A stretch of 64,000 bases of DNA from Planctomycetota bacterium (GCA_040755855.1 JBFMAD010000001.1:96001-160000), one strand, 5' to 3'; numbered from the stretch's first letter, positions 50,177 to 60,576 are shown. Notes: generated by a model from the letters alone, not told the origin. Numbers and translations are program-made.

Positions 50177-52894
50177 CTACCGCTCCGCCACGACCATGCA
50201 GTGAATGTCCAGCCTCGGAATCCGCACGGTCGGGCCGTCGCCCGTTGACCGCGCCTCAAGCCGCGTCTTGCCAGGCACGAGGAGGAAGCGGCTGAACGTC
50301 TTGTCGCGGAAGGTGACCTCGATGTCGTGGATAGGCAGCACCTCGCGGCGGGTGTAGAGCGACTCGCCGGCCACGCACTGCGACCGGCCCGTGGAGGAGA
50401 TGTCGTTCAAGAGATGCACCACGAGGCGGTCCCCCTGCACGTGCGTCATGGCCTGGACGATCGTCGGGGCCTTCACCTCCACCGGCGGCGGGGCGGAGGC
50501 GGTCTCGCGCAGGGCCAGCTCGATGATCCGCCCCAGGTACTCATGCCCGTATCGGAAGAAGGACCACGTGATGTCGCACGGGAAGTAGATCACCTTGCCT
50601 TTGCCTAAGGTCGCCTCGATGACGGCGACGTGGTTGGTCTGCTCCATCTTCTCGGTCTTTCGATCGAAGCGCGCGGTGGTGAGGCGCATGGGCGACGGCG
50701 TCCCTTCCGCCGGCTCCACGAGCAGCATCCGGCAGTGCACGGGCACGTGGCGGGTGAGGGAGGATTCGGGCCGGGTCACGCTTCGGAGCGAGAGGGTCTT
50801 CATGATGACTGGATCGTCGCCCCATCGGTGCGATTCGGGGAAATAGAGGTGCGCGTTGTGCGTAGTGCGAACCTCCCAGCTCACACGCATCGCATGGTTG
50901 TCAAACTCCCCCACCTTCTTCGCCTTCAGCAGATCGGCAAGGCCGAATGTCTCCCTCGGACGGGCGTGCTCATCATAGAGAGACGTCTCGTATGTGGCGA
51001 CCAGCCCGCCGCCGTTCTGCACGAACTTCCGCACGGTCTCCATCTCCTTGTCCGACAGGGCCGCGCAGTTGGGCATGAAGAGGACCTTGTGGTCTTCGAG
51101 GGTCCCCTCCTCCAACTCGCGGTCGGTGACGAGCGAGACAGGAAGGTGTCGTTCCAGCATGGCCTGATAGGCCCCATAGACGCCCTTGACGTAGCGGTCC
51201 TTGGGATTGTCACGGCCGTACCACAGTTCCGTCTTCTCCGACATGACGAGGCCGCACCAGGGATAGAGTTTGTCGTTCTTGAAGTACTCATCCCGCTCGG
51301 CGATCTCGGCCATGTAGGTTTTCATCGTATCGCGTCCCGGCACGGAGTGCGCGGCGACGGCGCCGTTTGTCATCATGGTCATCACGCGGATGCGCGGCTC
51401 CAGGGGCGGGGCGGGCATCCACCCCGGTATGGAACAGGCCCCCCACATGAAGGCGCGTTTGCGCTTGCACAGACCGGCGAGGTGCCAGTTCATGAAGTTA
51501 TGCCGGGCGGGGAAGGCGAAGAAGGATTGATCAACGGTGTCATACCAGCCGGTTTCCTCGAGCAGCCCGTCCACATTTTCGATTACACGGATTGAGTTGC
51601 GGATGTTGTGCGGTTCCTTGTAGGAAGTGCGATAAGCCCATGCGTTCCAAGTATTTACGACCAACACGGCCTCGGGGTTGGCCAACTTGATGGCCCTGTT
51701 GAAATCGAGCATGGCCTCCTCGATGGAGCGATACTTGAAATCCACCCACTGCTGCCAGAGCAGGCTGGCGAAGTCCTCCTTGACCGGCGGCTCCTGGCCG
51801 GTGAGCTTGCGGAACTTCTCCTTGCATGCGTCGCAGTAACATTCCTGCCCCCGAGCGTGGAACATGTCGAAGAAGATCCCGTCGGCGCCCACTTCCTTGA
51901 CCAGCTCGACGATGCGGTTCCTCACCAACTCCCGATAGGCGGCGTTGTTCACGCAGTAGTACTGCGTGGGCTTCCCCTGCGCGTTGACGCATCGCCACTC
52001 GGGATGTTCCTCGCCAACGCACTTCGGCTCGCGCTGGGCCCAGTAGTAGGGCAGGTATCGGATGCCGTGCTTGTGACAGAGGGCCGTCACCTCGCGCGTG
52101 CCGTCGCGGTCGGGTTCGACGTCCTCGAAGCCGCCGTTGGTAATAGGCTGAGGCTCTTTTCCAAGATACTGCACATCGTCAATGAGCAGTTCAGCCGCCT
52201 CTCCGCCGATGAAGCACGAGGTATGCACCCATTTCACCTTCGGGTTGTTCGTGTAATCATACGGGATGGTGGCATGATGCCACTGGCCGTCGCCGATGTG
52301 CTCGGCGGGAATCTGGACGCCGCTTCGCTGCGAGCCGGTATTCTCCACCCCATCCGAGGAAATCGGCGCAATGCCCAGCCATAACGTTGCGTTGGTCGCG
52401 CTCTTCACCTTGTACCAATAAGACACCTTGCCGCTGAGCAGATCGAGCATGGCGCCCTGCTCGCCGCCTCGGTATTTCCATCTTCGATTGAGATAGGTTT
52501 GCTGTCGGTCTTTCGTGTGAATCAATCTGAGGCAGCGCTTGCCGGAATGGACATCCCCCTCCGCCGCGTCGCCTCCCACGATCTGCCAGTCAATCAGTTT
52601 CCCCTTCATCGCCGAGTCAATCTCGCCGTACTTGCTTCGCCATCCGAGACCATCCCAGCCTTCGCCGCTGTGGCATCGGGAGAACATCATCTGCACGCCC
52701 GCCGCGGCGAAATCCTCGATCACCTTCTCCGGCCAGTCCTCCATGACGCGGGTGTTCGGCAGGTCGGTGTAGGCGACGCGGGTGATGTCGTAGAGCCACT
52801 TGGGGGTGGGGGGACATGCATCATCGGCGGCGATCCATGTGCATAATACCGGGATGCAAGCAATGATCGTGAGCTGAGTCGGCTTTTGCATCAT
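50177..52894 (-). CDS. Secreted GHL6-like putative glycoside hydrolase with CBM-like insertion and beta-galactosidase trimerisation (GATase-like) domain
   Basis: CHKHGIR, HPEW, C.NN..Y, DGIFFD, CYC..C, VLFMPNC..LSD, FV..GGGLVAT, GKGKVIY. Confidence 0.7.
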   Translation of the reverse strand: MMQKPTQLTIIACIPVLCTWIAADDACPPTPKWLYDITRVAYTDLPNTRVMEDWPEKVIEDFAAAGVQMMFSRCHSGEGWDGLGWRSKYGEIDSAMKGKLIDWQIVGGDAAEGDVHSGKRCLRLIHTKDRQQTYLNRRWKYRGGEQGAMLDLLSGKVSYWYKVKSATNATLWLGIAPISSDGVENTGSQRSGVQIPAEHIGDGQWHHATIPYDYTNNPKVKWVHTSCFIGGEAAELLIDDVQYLGKEPQPITNGGFEDVEPDRDGTREVTALCHKHGIRYLPYYWAQREPKCVGEEHPEWRCVNAQGKPTQYYCVNNAAYRELVRNRIVELVKEVGADGIFFDMFHARGQECYCDACKEKFRKLTGQEPPVKEDFASLLWQQWVDFKYRSIEEAMLDFNRAIKLANPEAVLVVNTWNAWAYRTSYKEPHNIRNSIRVIENVDGLLEETGWYDTVDQSFFAFPARHNFMNWHLAGLCKRKRAFMWGACSIPGWMPAPPLEPRIRVMTMMTNGAVAAHSVPGRDTMKTYMAEIAERDEYFKNDKLYPWCGLVMSEKTELWYGRDNPKDRYVKGVYGAYQAMLERHLPVSLVTDRELEEGTLEDHKVLFMPNCAALSDKEMETVRKFVQNGGGLVATYETSLYDEHARPRETFGLADLLKAKKVGEFDNHAMRVSWEVRTTHNAHLYFPESHRWGDDPVIMKTLSLRSVTRPESSLTRHVPVHCRMLLVEPAEGTPSPMRLTTARFDRKTEKMEQTNHVAVIEATLGKGKVIYFPCDITWSFFRYGHEYLGRIIELALRETASAPPPVEVKAPTIVQAMTHVQGDRLVVHLLNDISSTGRSQCVAGESLYTRREVLPIHDIEVTFRDKTFSRFLLVPGKTRLEARSTGDGPTVRIPRLDIHCMVVAER

Positions 52895-53000
52895 TTCCTC
52901 CTACCATTGAAGGACGAGACCCTTGCGGTCCAGGCGAAAAACTTGTTCATGTGCCCCGTGAAGCATCACCATTTGAGCATAGGGCGGCATGGGAATCAAA

Positions 53001-53960
53001 TCAGAAACGGGGCAACGGCGAGGAGACGCGGATTTTCAGAGTGGTCAGGACTCCGCAGTGGTCGGAGACCCACCATCCGTCGCTGTTGAAGACCACATCG
53101 CTCCGCTCGATGCGGATGGACTCGCCCTTCACAAAAATGAAATCAATCCTGCGCGGGTCGCCCACATATCCTTTGCAGTGGGGATTGCCGGGCAGGTTGA
53201 ACGTGTGACCGGGTGAAGAAGTTGCTGCCGCCGCGTAGCTGTCCGCCCACGCGGCCGACAATTGCTGGTAGGCATCCGTCGTCGGCGTGGTGTTCATGTC
53301 GCCGCCTACGATGACGACCTCCGCGGGGTGTTCCTTACCGAAGTTCTCGACGAACTGAATAAGATCCCGAACTTGGCGGATTCTATCGCCCTGACTGCCG
53401 CCGGAAGACAAATGCACCGAAAATAAATTCACGCGGCCCATCGGAGTGCTCGTGCTCAGCCCCACCACGCGCTTGCGTCCCGGCAGGGGGAAATCGTCGA
53501 ACCAATCCCCCGTCCGGCACTCGAGACCATTGCCGTCGGAGGACAGGACATCCGCCCGCGTCAGCACCCCGACGCGGAATACCAGAAAATTCGGAACGCC
53601 GAAACACGGCTCGCTGCGCACATAGTAACGCAGGCCCTTCGCCCCCAGCCTGGCCGCGAGGTCGCCGATGCTGTCCATCGTCCCGACCGTGACGCCGGAA
53701 CATCCCTCCTGCAAGAGGAGCGCGTCAATCGGTTCGCCGGCATCGTGTCTGGACTTGACTAACTCGGCTATCCTTTCCAGACGTTCCTCGCGCCCCGCGA
53801 CGGGCGACTTCTGCATCAGGTTCAGAGTCAGTACACGCAACCGATGTTCGCCATGGACCACAGGAACGTCCGGACGTTTGGCGCTTGTACAGGACGCAAG
53901 GATCAATGTAACAAGCGCCAGCCGGAAAGACTTCGCACGGGGTTTCACGTGTTGCACCAT
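53001..53960 (-). CDS. Endonuclease/exonuclease/phosphatase family lipoprotein
   Basis: VLTLN, LQE, VHL, GDMN, RIDFIF, SDH; lipobox LASC; start set to ATG 53960. Confidence 0.85.
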   Translation of the reverse strand: MVQHVKPRAKSFRLALVTLILASCTSAKRPDVPVVHGEHRLRVLTLNLMQKSPVAGREERLERIAELVKSRHDAGEPIDALLLQEGCSGVTVGTMDSIGDLAARLGAKGLRYYVRSEPCFGVPNFLVFRVGVLTRADVLSSDGNGLECRTGDWFDDFPLPGRKRVVGLSTSTPMGRVNLFSVHLSSGGSQGDRIRQVRDLIQFVENFGKEHPAEVVIVGGDMNTTPTTDAYQQLSAAWADSYAAAATSSPGHTFNLPGNPHCKGYVGDPRRIDFIFVKGESIRIERSDVVFNSDGWWVSDHCGVLTTLKIRVSSPLPRF

Positions 53961-53965
53961 CTGCC

Positions 53966-55090
53966 CTATTGCGGCGTTGGCCGCCCAAACACCCGCTTCG
54001 CCACGGCGATCCATCGCTCCACCTGCGCGATGTCGTCGGCCATGTCGTCGTTGACCTTCTCGATGGCCTGGGCGACGACGTTGTAGGAGCGGCCCCGGCA
54101 GAGAGCGACGATGCGGCGGAGGTCGCGCTCCATCTTCTCCTCGTCGGCAAGAAGGACCTCGGTGTTGAGGATGGAGATGTATAAGTGCTTGTCGGGCGGG
54201 ATGTTGCGACAGGTAGCCTCCAGGTCGGTCCAGTGGTTCACCTCGTGCGCCGGCAGCGTCTTCAGGCGCAGGAGCATCTTCTGCACGGGAACCTTGTTGC
54301 CGCAGGAGTGGACGTTCACGATCTTGCCGTGATACTTCTCTAATTCCAGGTAATACGGCAGGACGAAGTCTTCGAACATCGCCGGCGTGATGAAGGGCAC
54401 GTTGATCCAGTCGTCCGAGATGCCGGCGGTTCGGTCGGTCTTCCCGAAGTGCTTACAGTAGGCGTCCCACCAACGCATGCGCTCCTCGATGAGGTAGTCC
54501 ATCAGGTCGTGCACGAAGGCCGGACGCTCGATGGTGTCCATGATGAACTGTTCGTATCCGCGGAGCTGGATCGCCATGTCCAGCGGCCCACGCTGCCACG
54601 TGGGGAACGTGACGGTGAGGCGGTCCTTCGACAACCGCTGCAGATCTTCGTAAAGGCGAAACACCTGCGGCATCTCGCCGCTCGTGGTGAAGTCGTGCAA
54701 CGTCAGGAGACCCAGGTCGGGCTTCTTCGTCAGGGGGTGATCGTCCTGGATGATCGGCACGCCGTCGGGCTGGTGCCGGACGCTCATGCCGACAACAGTG
54801 TATTCAAAGTACATACCCCTTGATGCGCTGACGTTGGGCGCAACCACGGTGTCGTCGTCGAAGTGGTCCAGGTGGAAGAGCTTCTGCCTGAGCTGGATCT
54901 GGAGGTTGAACTCGGATTCCCCGTAGAACCGGTTCATGTCATACCCGAACCACTGCGCCCAGCCGAGGTTCTCCAGGAATGTCGTGAACCGCGGGCTGGG
55001 GACATTTTTCTTGGCCTGATGTCGTGGATCGGCGATTCGATCCAGCAGCGTGCCGATCAGACGATCAACACTCTCATCCTGAATTTTCAT
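53966..55090 (-). CDS. URO-D/MtaA-like family protein
   Basis: RGPLD.A.QLRG, ISDD, ITP.MFEDFVLPY, HSCG. Confidence 0.82.
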   Translation of the reverse strand: MKIQDESVDRLIGTLLDRIADPRHQAKKNVPSPRFTTFLENLGWAQWFGYDMNRFYGESEFNLQIQLRQKLFHLDHFDDDTVVAPNVSASRGMYFEYTVVGMSVRHQPDGVPIIQDDHPLTKKPDLGLLTLHDFTTSGEMPQVFRLYEDLQRLSKDRLTVTFPTWQRGPLDMAIQLRGYEQFIMDTIERPAFVHDLMDYLIEERMRWWDAYCKHFGKTDRTAGISDDWINVPFITPAMFEDFVLPYYLELEKYHGKIVNVHSCGNKVPVQKMLLRLKTLPAHEVNHWTDLEATCRNIPPDKHLYISILNTEVLLADEEKMERDLRRIVALCRGRSYNVVAQAIEKVNDDMADDIAQVERWIAVAKRVFGRPTPQ

Positions 55091-55118
55091 GGAACGATCT
55101 CGTTTCTATGTTCGTACC

Positions 55119-56105
55119 TCAATCCGTCTTGCCCAGTTGTGCTGCCAGTTCCGGCGGCAACGGTCCGGCCTCTGCAAACCGTACCGCCTCGGCAATCTGC
55201 TGCGGACCGGCAAACCCGATAAGCGCCGTCGAGACGTCCGGGTTGCTCAACGCGAAGCGCAACGCGACCTCTCTGGTGCTCACACCCGGCGGCAGGCGGC
55301 CGGCGAGGAGCAGGGCTCTCTGCATGTCGCGTTCGTAGAGGTCCAGAGGGAAAAAGCGGGTCCTGCGCGTATGCGCGCTGGGCGGCTGTCCGGTCAACGC
55401 GCCGCCGGCATAGACACGAATGGCAATCACGCCCATAGTTCTTTCTGCGCATTCGCGCATGATCTCGCCGTAGTCCTCCCCATCAAACGAGGCGGGCATT
55501 CTCCGCGCCGCGCTCGGGTTCAGGATATTGTAGCAAACCTGCATGGTCTCGAATTCGCCGCAGCGCACGACTTCTCGCACCGAATCCATATCCCCCAACC
55601 CCGTCAGGCCAAAGTGCCGAACAATCCCTTCCGATTTCAAATCTTGAAACGCATCGAGCACGCCGCCAGGGCCAAGCACATCCGCCGGGGTGATGGACGT
55701 ATGCTGATCGCCGCGACGGCGCGTGATCGAGTTGTGCAACTGGATGAGCGTCATTCGGTCGAGTCGTAGCCGCTCAAGGCTGGCGCGAACCGATATCTTC
55801 ACGTTTTGCCGGACATCGTCCAGTTCGTCCGGCATCAAGCGCACTTTTGTAGCGACATGCACCCGCGACTGCGCCCGCAGCTCCAACAGTGCAAGGCCCA
55901 AGGCGCGCTCGGATTCCCCGTCGCCATAGGTGGCGGCGGTATCGAACCAGTTGATCCCTGCCTCGATCGCGCGGCGGATCGTCTCGACCCGGTCCCGCCG
56001 CGCCTTCCGCTCCGTCATGAGCCCCGACACCGGTCCCGCGCCAAAGGAAACAGCGGAGATGGAGATGCCTGTCGCGCCAAGGGATCGAACTCTCATCAAT
56101 GGCAT
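55119..56105 (-). CDS. Aldo/keto reductase
   Basis: GINWFDTA..YG.G.SE, ATK, SLERL, QLHN; start could be 56096. Confidence 0.92.
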   Translation of the reverse strand: MPLMRVRSLGATGISISAVSFGAGPVSGLMTERKARRDRVETIRRAIEAGINWFDTAATYGDGESERALGLALLELRAQSRVHVATKVRLMPDELDDVRQNVKISVRASLERLRLDRMTLIQLHNSITRRRGDQHTSITPADVLGPGGVLDAFQDLKSEGIVRHFGLTGLGDMDSVREVVRCGEFETMQVCYNILNPSAARRMPASFDGEDYGEIMRECAERTMGVIAIRVYAGGALTGQPPSAHTRRTRFFPLDLYERDMQRALLLAGRLPPGVSTREVALRFALSNPDVSTALIGFAGPQQIAEAVRFAEAGPLPPELAAQLGKTD

Positions 56106-56130
56106 ACTCTTCCTGATGGCGGAGGCAGCA

Positions 56131-58428
56131 TCAGCTCGATACCGTCACGACCGTCTGCCGGCTTGCATCCCGTTCGCCGAGGGTAATCACAACGGTGGAC
56201 GACACGTTGTCCCAGGTCCAGAAGGGCCCATGCAGACCGACGCCCTGCGCAAGTTCCCTGCCGTCGAGATCCACTTTGTCGGCGGATTTCAGTCCGTGAA
56301 TGACAAATTCCAATCGCCGCTGCGGCAGCGCGCCCGCGTAACTCCCCTTTGCCGCGCTCATCTCGACGCGCAGCGAGTTACCCTTCGCCTCCTGGCGAAT
56401 CTGCGTGGCGCGGAAGCCACCATTCTCATAGGCGAACGTATGGCCGTCGTCTTCGTAGAAAGTGAACGCGCCCGACGCGCCTGCATACACATGGACAGTC
56501 AGCTCGTCGTCCGGCTTCTGGCCGATATAGTCAACGTCCTGCCCCATTGGGATAATGGACCCGGCGCGAACGAAGAGCGGCCCGCCCTTCCGAGCCGAAA
56601 GCCGAGGCTCGGCCCACTCGCCGCCGGCATATTTCTCGCTCGTCCAGTAATCGTACCAATCGCCCTCCGGCAGATAGACCTTCTCGGTGAACGCGCCGAC
56701 GAGGAACGCCGGGCCGAACATGTATTGCCGGAGCAGGCCGTAGGTCTCCCGGTCCTCCGGGAAGACCAGAGGCATGGCCCGCAGCATGGGCAGGCCGGAT
56801 GTGTGCGCCTCCCACGCGACCGAGTAGAGGTAGGGCGCAAGGCGATAACGCAGCTTCGCGTAATCGCTGAAAATCGCCTGCAGCTCCTCGCCCTGGTACC
56901 ACGGATGGCGGAAGTAATTCCACGAGTTGAGCTGCGCCCACGGCAGGAGGAAGCCGAAGTGGATGCCCTCCTTCGTCGTCACCTCCATGTCGCACGTGCT
57001 CATGCCGTGTCCGGAGAGACTCAGATTCAGGCAGGCGACGAGTGTGTTCTCTTCGCCGCCGGTGTCGCCCGTCCATGTGCCGGTCCATCGCTGGAGGCCC
57101 GCCCAGCCGGCAGGGGTGAAGCAGAAGGGGCGGCGATTCGTGTGCTCGCGGAAGCCGAGATACATCTGCTTCGAGTAGAGCAGGGGATACAGGTTGTGCA
57201 TCTCGTCATCCAACATGCCGTTGCCCCAGAGGCGGTCGGGATGGGTGAGAACCTGGTTCGCGCCGTCCTGCTTGAACCATTCGACCCCCTGGTCAACAAA
57301 ATCCTTCAGATGCTCGAACCAAGGCACGTCGGGTTTCGTCCCGGGGTCCATCCGCCGCGCCCCCTTCATCAGGAGGGCGTCCTGTTCGTAGCCGCCGTCG
57401 GCCTTTTCCTCCCCCTTCTTCTGCGCTTCTGCCTGCTTGACGCGGCGCTCCTCCTCGTAGGACAGGTCGTAGTCGCAGCAGAGCCAGAGGCCCGGCTTGA
57501 ATCCCATGCGCCGGGCGGCGGAGAGGAAGTTGTGGCGACCCTTCCTTGCATAGGAGGGCACGGGAAATCGCTCGGGGTGCCAGTCCTTCGTGATGGAGAA
57601 ATCGTAGTTCTTAGCCATCCAGCCGGGTTCGAGGCTGATGGCGTCGCAGGGGATGCCCTCCTTTCGGAAGGCATGGCAGTCGTCCACAAACTCCCGCGCG
57701 TCGGCCTGGGTGCGGCAGATGAACCACAGGCCCATGGCCCACCTGGGCGGCATGGGGGGCTTCCCGGTAATCTCTGTGTAGCGTCCGATGATCTCGGCAG
57801 GGGATGCGCCGCGGAGGATGTAGTAGTCGAGCGTGTCGCCCTTGGCCTCGAAGCCGAATTGTTCCTTGGATGATTCACCGAGGTCGAACAAGATGCGACG
57901 CGTCGTATTGACGAGGAAGCCCAGGCCGTCATTTGTCATGACGAACGGGATGGGGATGTAGCTGCTGACGTTGATGACCCAGAGGTCCGCCTTCGTGCCG
58001 CGATGCTCGATCCGCTCCCGCGTCTGATCGCCCAGGCCGAAGAAGGCGCGGTCGGGGGGCAGGAGGAAGCGGGTGCAGAGGCCGGGATCCGGCCCCGATG
58101 CGGACGCCTCGATTTCGGCGAGCAGTTCCTTACCCTCGGCGTCGCGGACGGTCAGCGCGCCGTCGGCGCGTTTAATGGTGATGCTGAGAAGATCGGTCGT
58201 CAGCTTCACGCCCTGCCGATTCGTCTCGACGTTGAACTTCGGCGTCGGCCACTCGTCACGGAAGAGACCGTACCGGATGAGTGGCTTCTCCGGCGGCTCC
58301 GCGCCGGGAAACTTGCGGACACGGAGGATGCCTGCCTCCAGGACATCAACCTGAAGCGTGGCGTCTGGCAGCGTGAGGGCGACGCCGCACTCAAGGGTGC
58401 GCAGATCGGGTGTTTGAGACTGCTTCAT
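56131..58428 (-). CDS. Glycoside hydrolase family 31 (alpha-xylosidase/glucosidase-like)
   Basis: FGLGD, ITG.PP.PP.WA.G, IPCD, WFKQD nucleophile, MHNLY, WTGD, LR..L.PYLY, YLPEG.W, YEDDG; AAGGAGG RBS. Confidence 0.92.
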   Translation of the reverse strand: MKQSQTPDLRTLECGVALTLPDATLQVDVLEAGILRVRKFPGAEPPEKPLIRYGLFRDEWPTPKFNVETNRQGVKLTTDLLSITIKRADGALTVRDAEGKELLAEIEASASGPDPGLCTRFLLPPDRAFFGLGDQTRERIEHRGTKADLWVINVSSYIPIPFVMTNDGLGFLVNTTRRILFDLGESSKEQFGFEAKGDTLDYYILRGASPAEIIGRYTEITGKPPMPPRWAMGLWFICRTQADAREFVDDCHAFRKEGIPCDAISLEPGWMAKNYDFSITKDWHPERFPVPSYARKGRHNFLSAARRMGFKPGLWLCCDYDLSYEEERRVKQAEAQKKGEEKADGGYEQDALLMKGARRMDPGTKPDVPWFEHLKDFVDQGVEWFKQDGANQVLTHPDRLWGNGMLDDEMHNLYPLLYSKQMYLGFREHTNRRPFCFTPAGWAGLQRWTGTWTGDTGGEENTLVACLNLSLSGHGMSTCDMEVTTKEGIHFGFLLPWAQLNSWNYFRHPWYQGEELQAIFSDYAKLRYRLAPYLYSVAWEAHTSGLPMLRAMPLVFPEDRETYGLLRQYMFGPAFLVGAFTEKVYLPEGDWYDYWTSEKYAGGEWAEPRLSARKGGPLFVRAGSIIPMGQDVDYIGQKPDDELTVHVYAGASGAFTFYEDDGHTFAYENGGFRATQIRQEAKGNSLRVEMSAAKGSYAGALPQRRLEFVIHGLKSADKVDLDGRELAQGVGLHGPFWTWDNVSSTVVITLGERDASRQTVVTVSS

Positions 58429-58638
58429 TGCGACCTCCTTCACATCTTGTGTTGAGTTCACTCAGTGGCTTGTCTGAGCAGGCTATCAATATGGGGTGGA
58501 ACGGGTCAATAGAAAACTGCCGGTGCACCCGTAGGAAAATGCAGGTTGTTGGGCGGTCCTTGACGATCCGGCGTCAATATGGGATAAAGGATGCCGATAG
58601 TCCACTGGGATTTGAGGTCCGCCATCAAGGGAGCCGCC

Positions 58639-60501
58639 ATGAACAAAGTTGTCAATGTGGAGGCGTTGTTTTTGGGGCCGCAGTCCGAGAACCATCACTA
58701 CTTCAAGGAGCTGCTCGATTTCATGATTGACGAGCACATCCACTGGCGGAGGAATTTCCACCCGAACGACAAGCCGAGCATCGCCGTCTACGACCAGCAA
58801 AGCCCCGGCTTCAGGGCCACCGTTCAGCGGACGCATGAGGTGCTTCTCGATCTCTCGTCGAGACTGAAGACCAGCTCCATGCCGTGGCACTCGCCGCGCT
58901 ACCTCGGGCACATGGCCTCGGACATCCTGATGCCCGCCGTGCTGGCCTACATGGCCACGATGCTCTACAACCCCAACAACTGCGCCTATGAGGGTTCGCC
59001 GGCGACGACGGGGCTGGAAATCGAGGCCGGAAAGGACCTCGCCCAGTTGCTGGGCTTCGACCGCGAGACCGCCTGGGGGCACATCACCTCGGGCGGAACG
59101 GTCGCCAACTACGAGGGCCTGTGGGTGGCGCGGAACCTTAAGTCCATGCCGATGGCGCTGAAGAAGGTCCGGCCCTCTCTGGTGAGGGGGATGGACGCAT
59201 GGCAGCTCGTGAACCTCCCGCCCAGCAAGGTTTTTGCATTGATGGACAAGGCCCGCTCGGCGATCGGCCAGGTGCAAAATGAGTCCGTGCGCGGCCGCGG
59301 GCTGGCCGGGATGAACCTCGGCAAGGTGCTCGTCCCGCAATCGAAGCACTACTCCTGGATCAAGGCGTTCGATGTGCTCGGCCTGGGGCAGGACAGCGGA
59401 GTGAGCGTTCAGGTGAAAGAGAACTATCGGATGGACATCGCCGATCTGAGGCATAAGATCGAGGGCCTCGTCCGCCGCCGGATCCCGATTTTGGCCGTGA
59501 TCCCCGTGGTCGGCTCGACAGAGGAGGGGGCGGTGGATGAAGTGCATCGGATACTCCAGCTCCGCGAGTTGTTCGAGAGAAGGCACGGCGTGTCGTTCTA
59601 TATCCACGTGGACGCGGCCTACGGCGGCTATGGGCGCTCGCTTTTCATGGATGAGAACAACCGGTTCATGAGCATGGATCGCCTGCGTCGCGCGCTGCGC
59701 CGAGAGGGCATTTTGACGCGGCGCCTTCGATGGCCGTCGCAGGAGGTTTACCGGGCGTACAAGGCCCTGGAGGGGGTGGATTCGGTCACGATTGATCCCC
59801 ACAAGCTCGGCTATGTTCCCTATCAGGCGGGGGCGGTGGTCTTTCGGGACAAGCGGGTGAGGGACCTTGTCTCGCACTTCGCCCCCTATGTGTTCGAGGA
59901 GCGGGGGGCCGACACCAGCCCGCAACTCCTGGGGAGCTACATCATGGAGGGATCAAAGGCCGGCGCGGCGGCCGCGTCGGTCTGGGCGGCGCATCGCTGC
60001 GTGCCGTTGAACATCACGGGATACGGGAAGATCATCGGCAACAGCATCAAGGGCGCCTTCCGATTCTACAGCGCGCTGAAATCGAAAAGGACGTTCACGG
60101 TGGATGGGCAGAAGGTGCGCGTTGAACCCCTGACCGTGCCGGACTGTAACATCGTTGTCTATGCGTTCAACCTCCAAGGCAACAAGGACCTCGCACAGAT
60201 GAACGATCTGAACGAGCGGATTTACGATCAATGCTCGTACAAGTCCGGCCCTATCTACACCTACGACTTCATCACGTCGAAGACCAGCCTTGAATACAAC
60301 GAGTATGGCGACGCGCCCGGGGAGTTCGTCGGGCGGTTGGGCATCCCACGGAAAGAATGGGACCGGGTGCGGTCGGTCTATGTGTTGCGGTCGTGCGTCA
60401 CCACTCCGTACCTCGGCATCGCCGGCACGCGCGAGCAATATATCGAAAATTTCGTGAATGCGATTCAGGCGAAGTTGACCATGATCCTGGGCGGCAAGTG
60501 A
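58639..60501 (+). CDS. tdc: PLP-dependent tyrosine decarboxylase-like enzyme
   Basis: ALFLGP.SEN, PWHS.RY.GHM, YN.NN.AYE.SPATT, GGT.AN.E, HYSW.KA, GSTEEGAVD, HVDAAYGGY, DPHK.GYVPY. Confidence 0.85.
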   Translation: MNKVVNVEALFLGPQSENHHYFKELLDFMIDEHIHWRRNFHPNDKPSIAVYDQQSPGFRATVQRTHEVLLDLSSRLKTSSMPWHSPRYLGHMASDILMPAVLAYMATMLYNPNNCAYEGSPATTGLEIEAGKDLAQLLGFDRETAWGHITSGGTVANYEGLWVARNLKSMPMALKKVRPSLVRGMDAWQLVNLPPSKVFALMDKARSAIGQVQNESVRGRGLAGMNLGKVLVPQSKHYSWIKAFDVLGLGQDSGVSVQVKENYRMDIADLRHKIEGLVRRRIPILAVIPVVGSTEEGAVDEVHRILQLRELFERRHGVSFYIHVDAAYGGYGRSLFMDENNRFMSMDRLRRALRREGILTRRLRWPSQEVYRAYKALEGVDSVTIDPHKLGYVPYQAGAVVFRDKRVRDLVSHFAPYVFEERGADTSPQLLGSYIMEGSKAGAAAASVWAAHRCVPLNITGYGKIIGNSIKGAFRFYSALKSKRTFTVDGQKVRVEPLTVPDCNIVVYAFNLQGNKDLAQMNDLNERIYDQCSYKSGPIYTYDFITSKTSLEYNEYGDAPGEFVGRLGIPRKEWDRVRSVYVLRSCVTTPYLGIAGTREQYIENFVNAIQAKLTMILGGK

Positions 60502-60514
60502 GCGAACCGGCGGC

Positions 60515-60543
60515 TTGACCTTGCGGGTGCGCCGTGCTACGAT
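60515..60543 (+). promoter_or_regulatory. Sigma70 promoter of fadB-like operon
   Basis: TTGACC-N17-TACGAT, with TGn immediately before the -10. Confidence 0.5.
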
Positions 60544-60576
60544 CTTTCGTTACTCGATTTCCGCAAGGTGGTTCGC

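Noticed and set aside
53942..53957. Second parS site (GTTTCACGTG...)
   Set aside because: Only one half matches; the right arm is not palindromic
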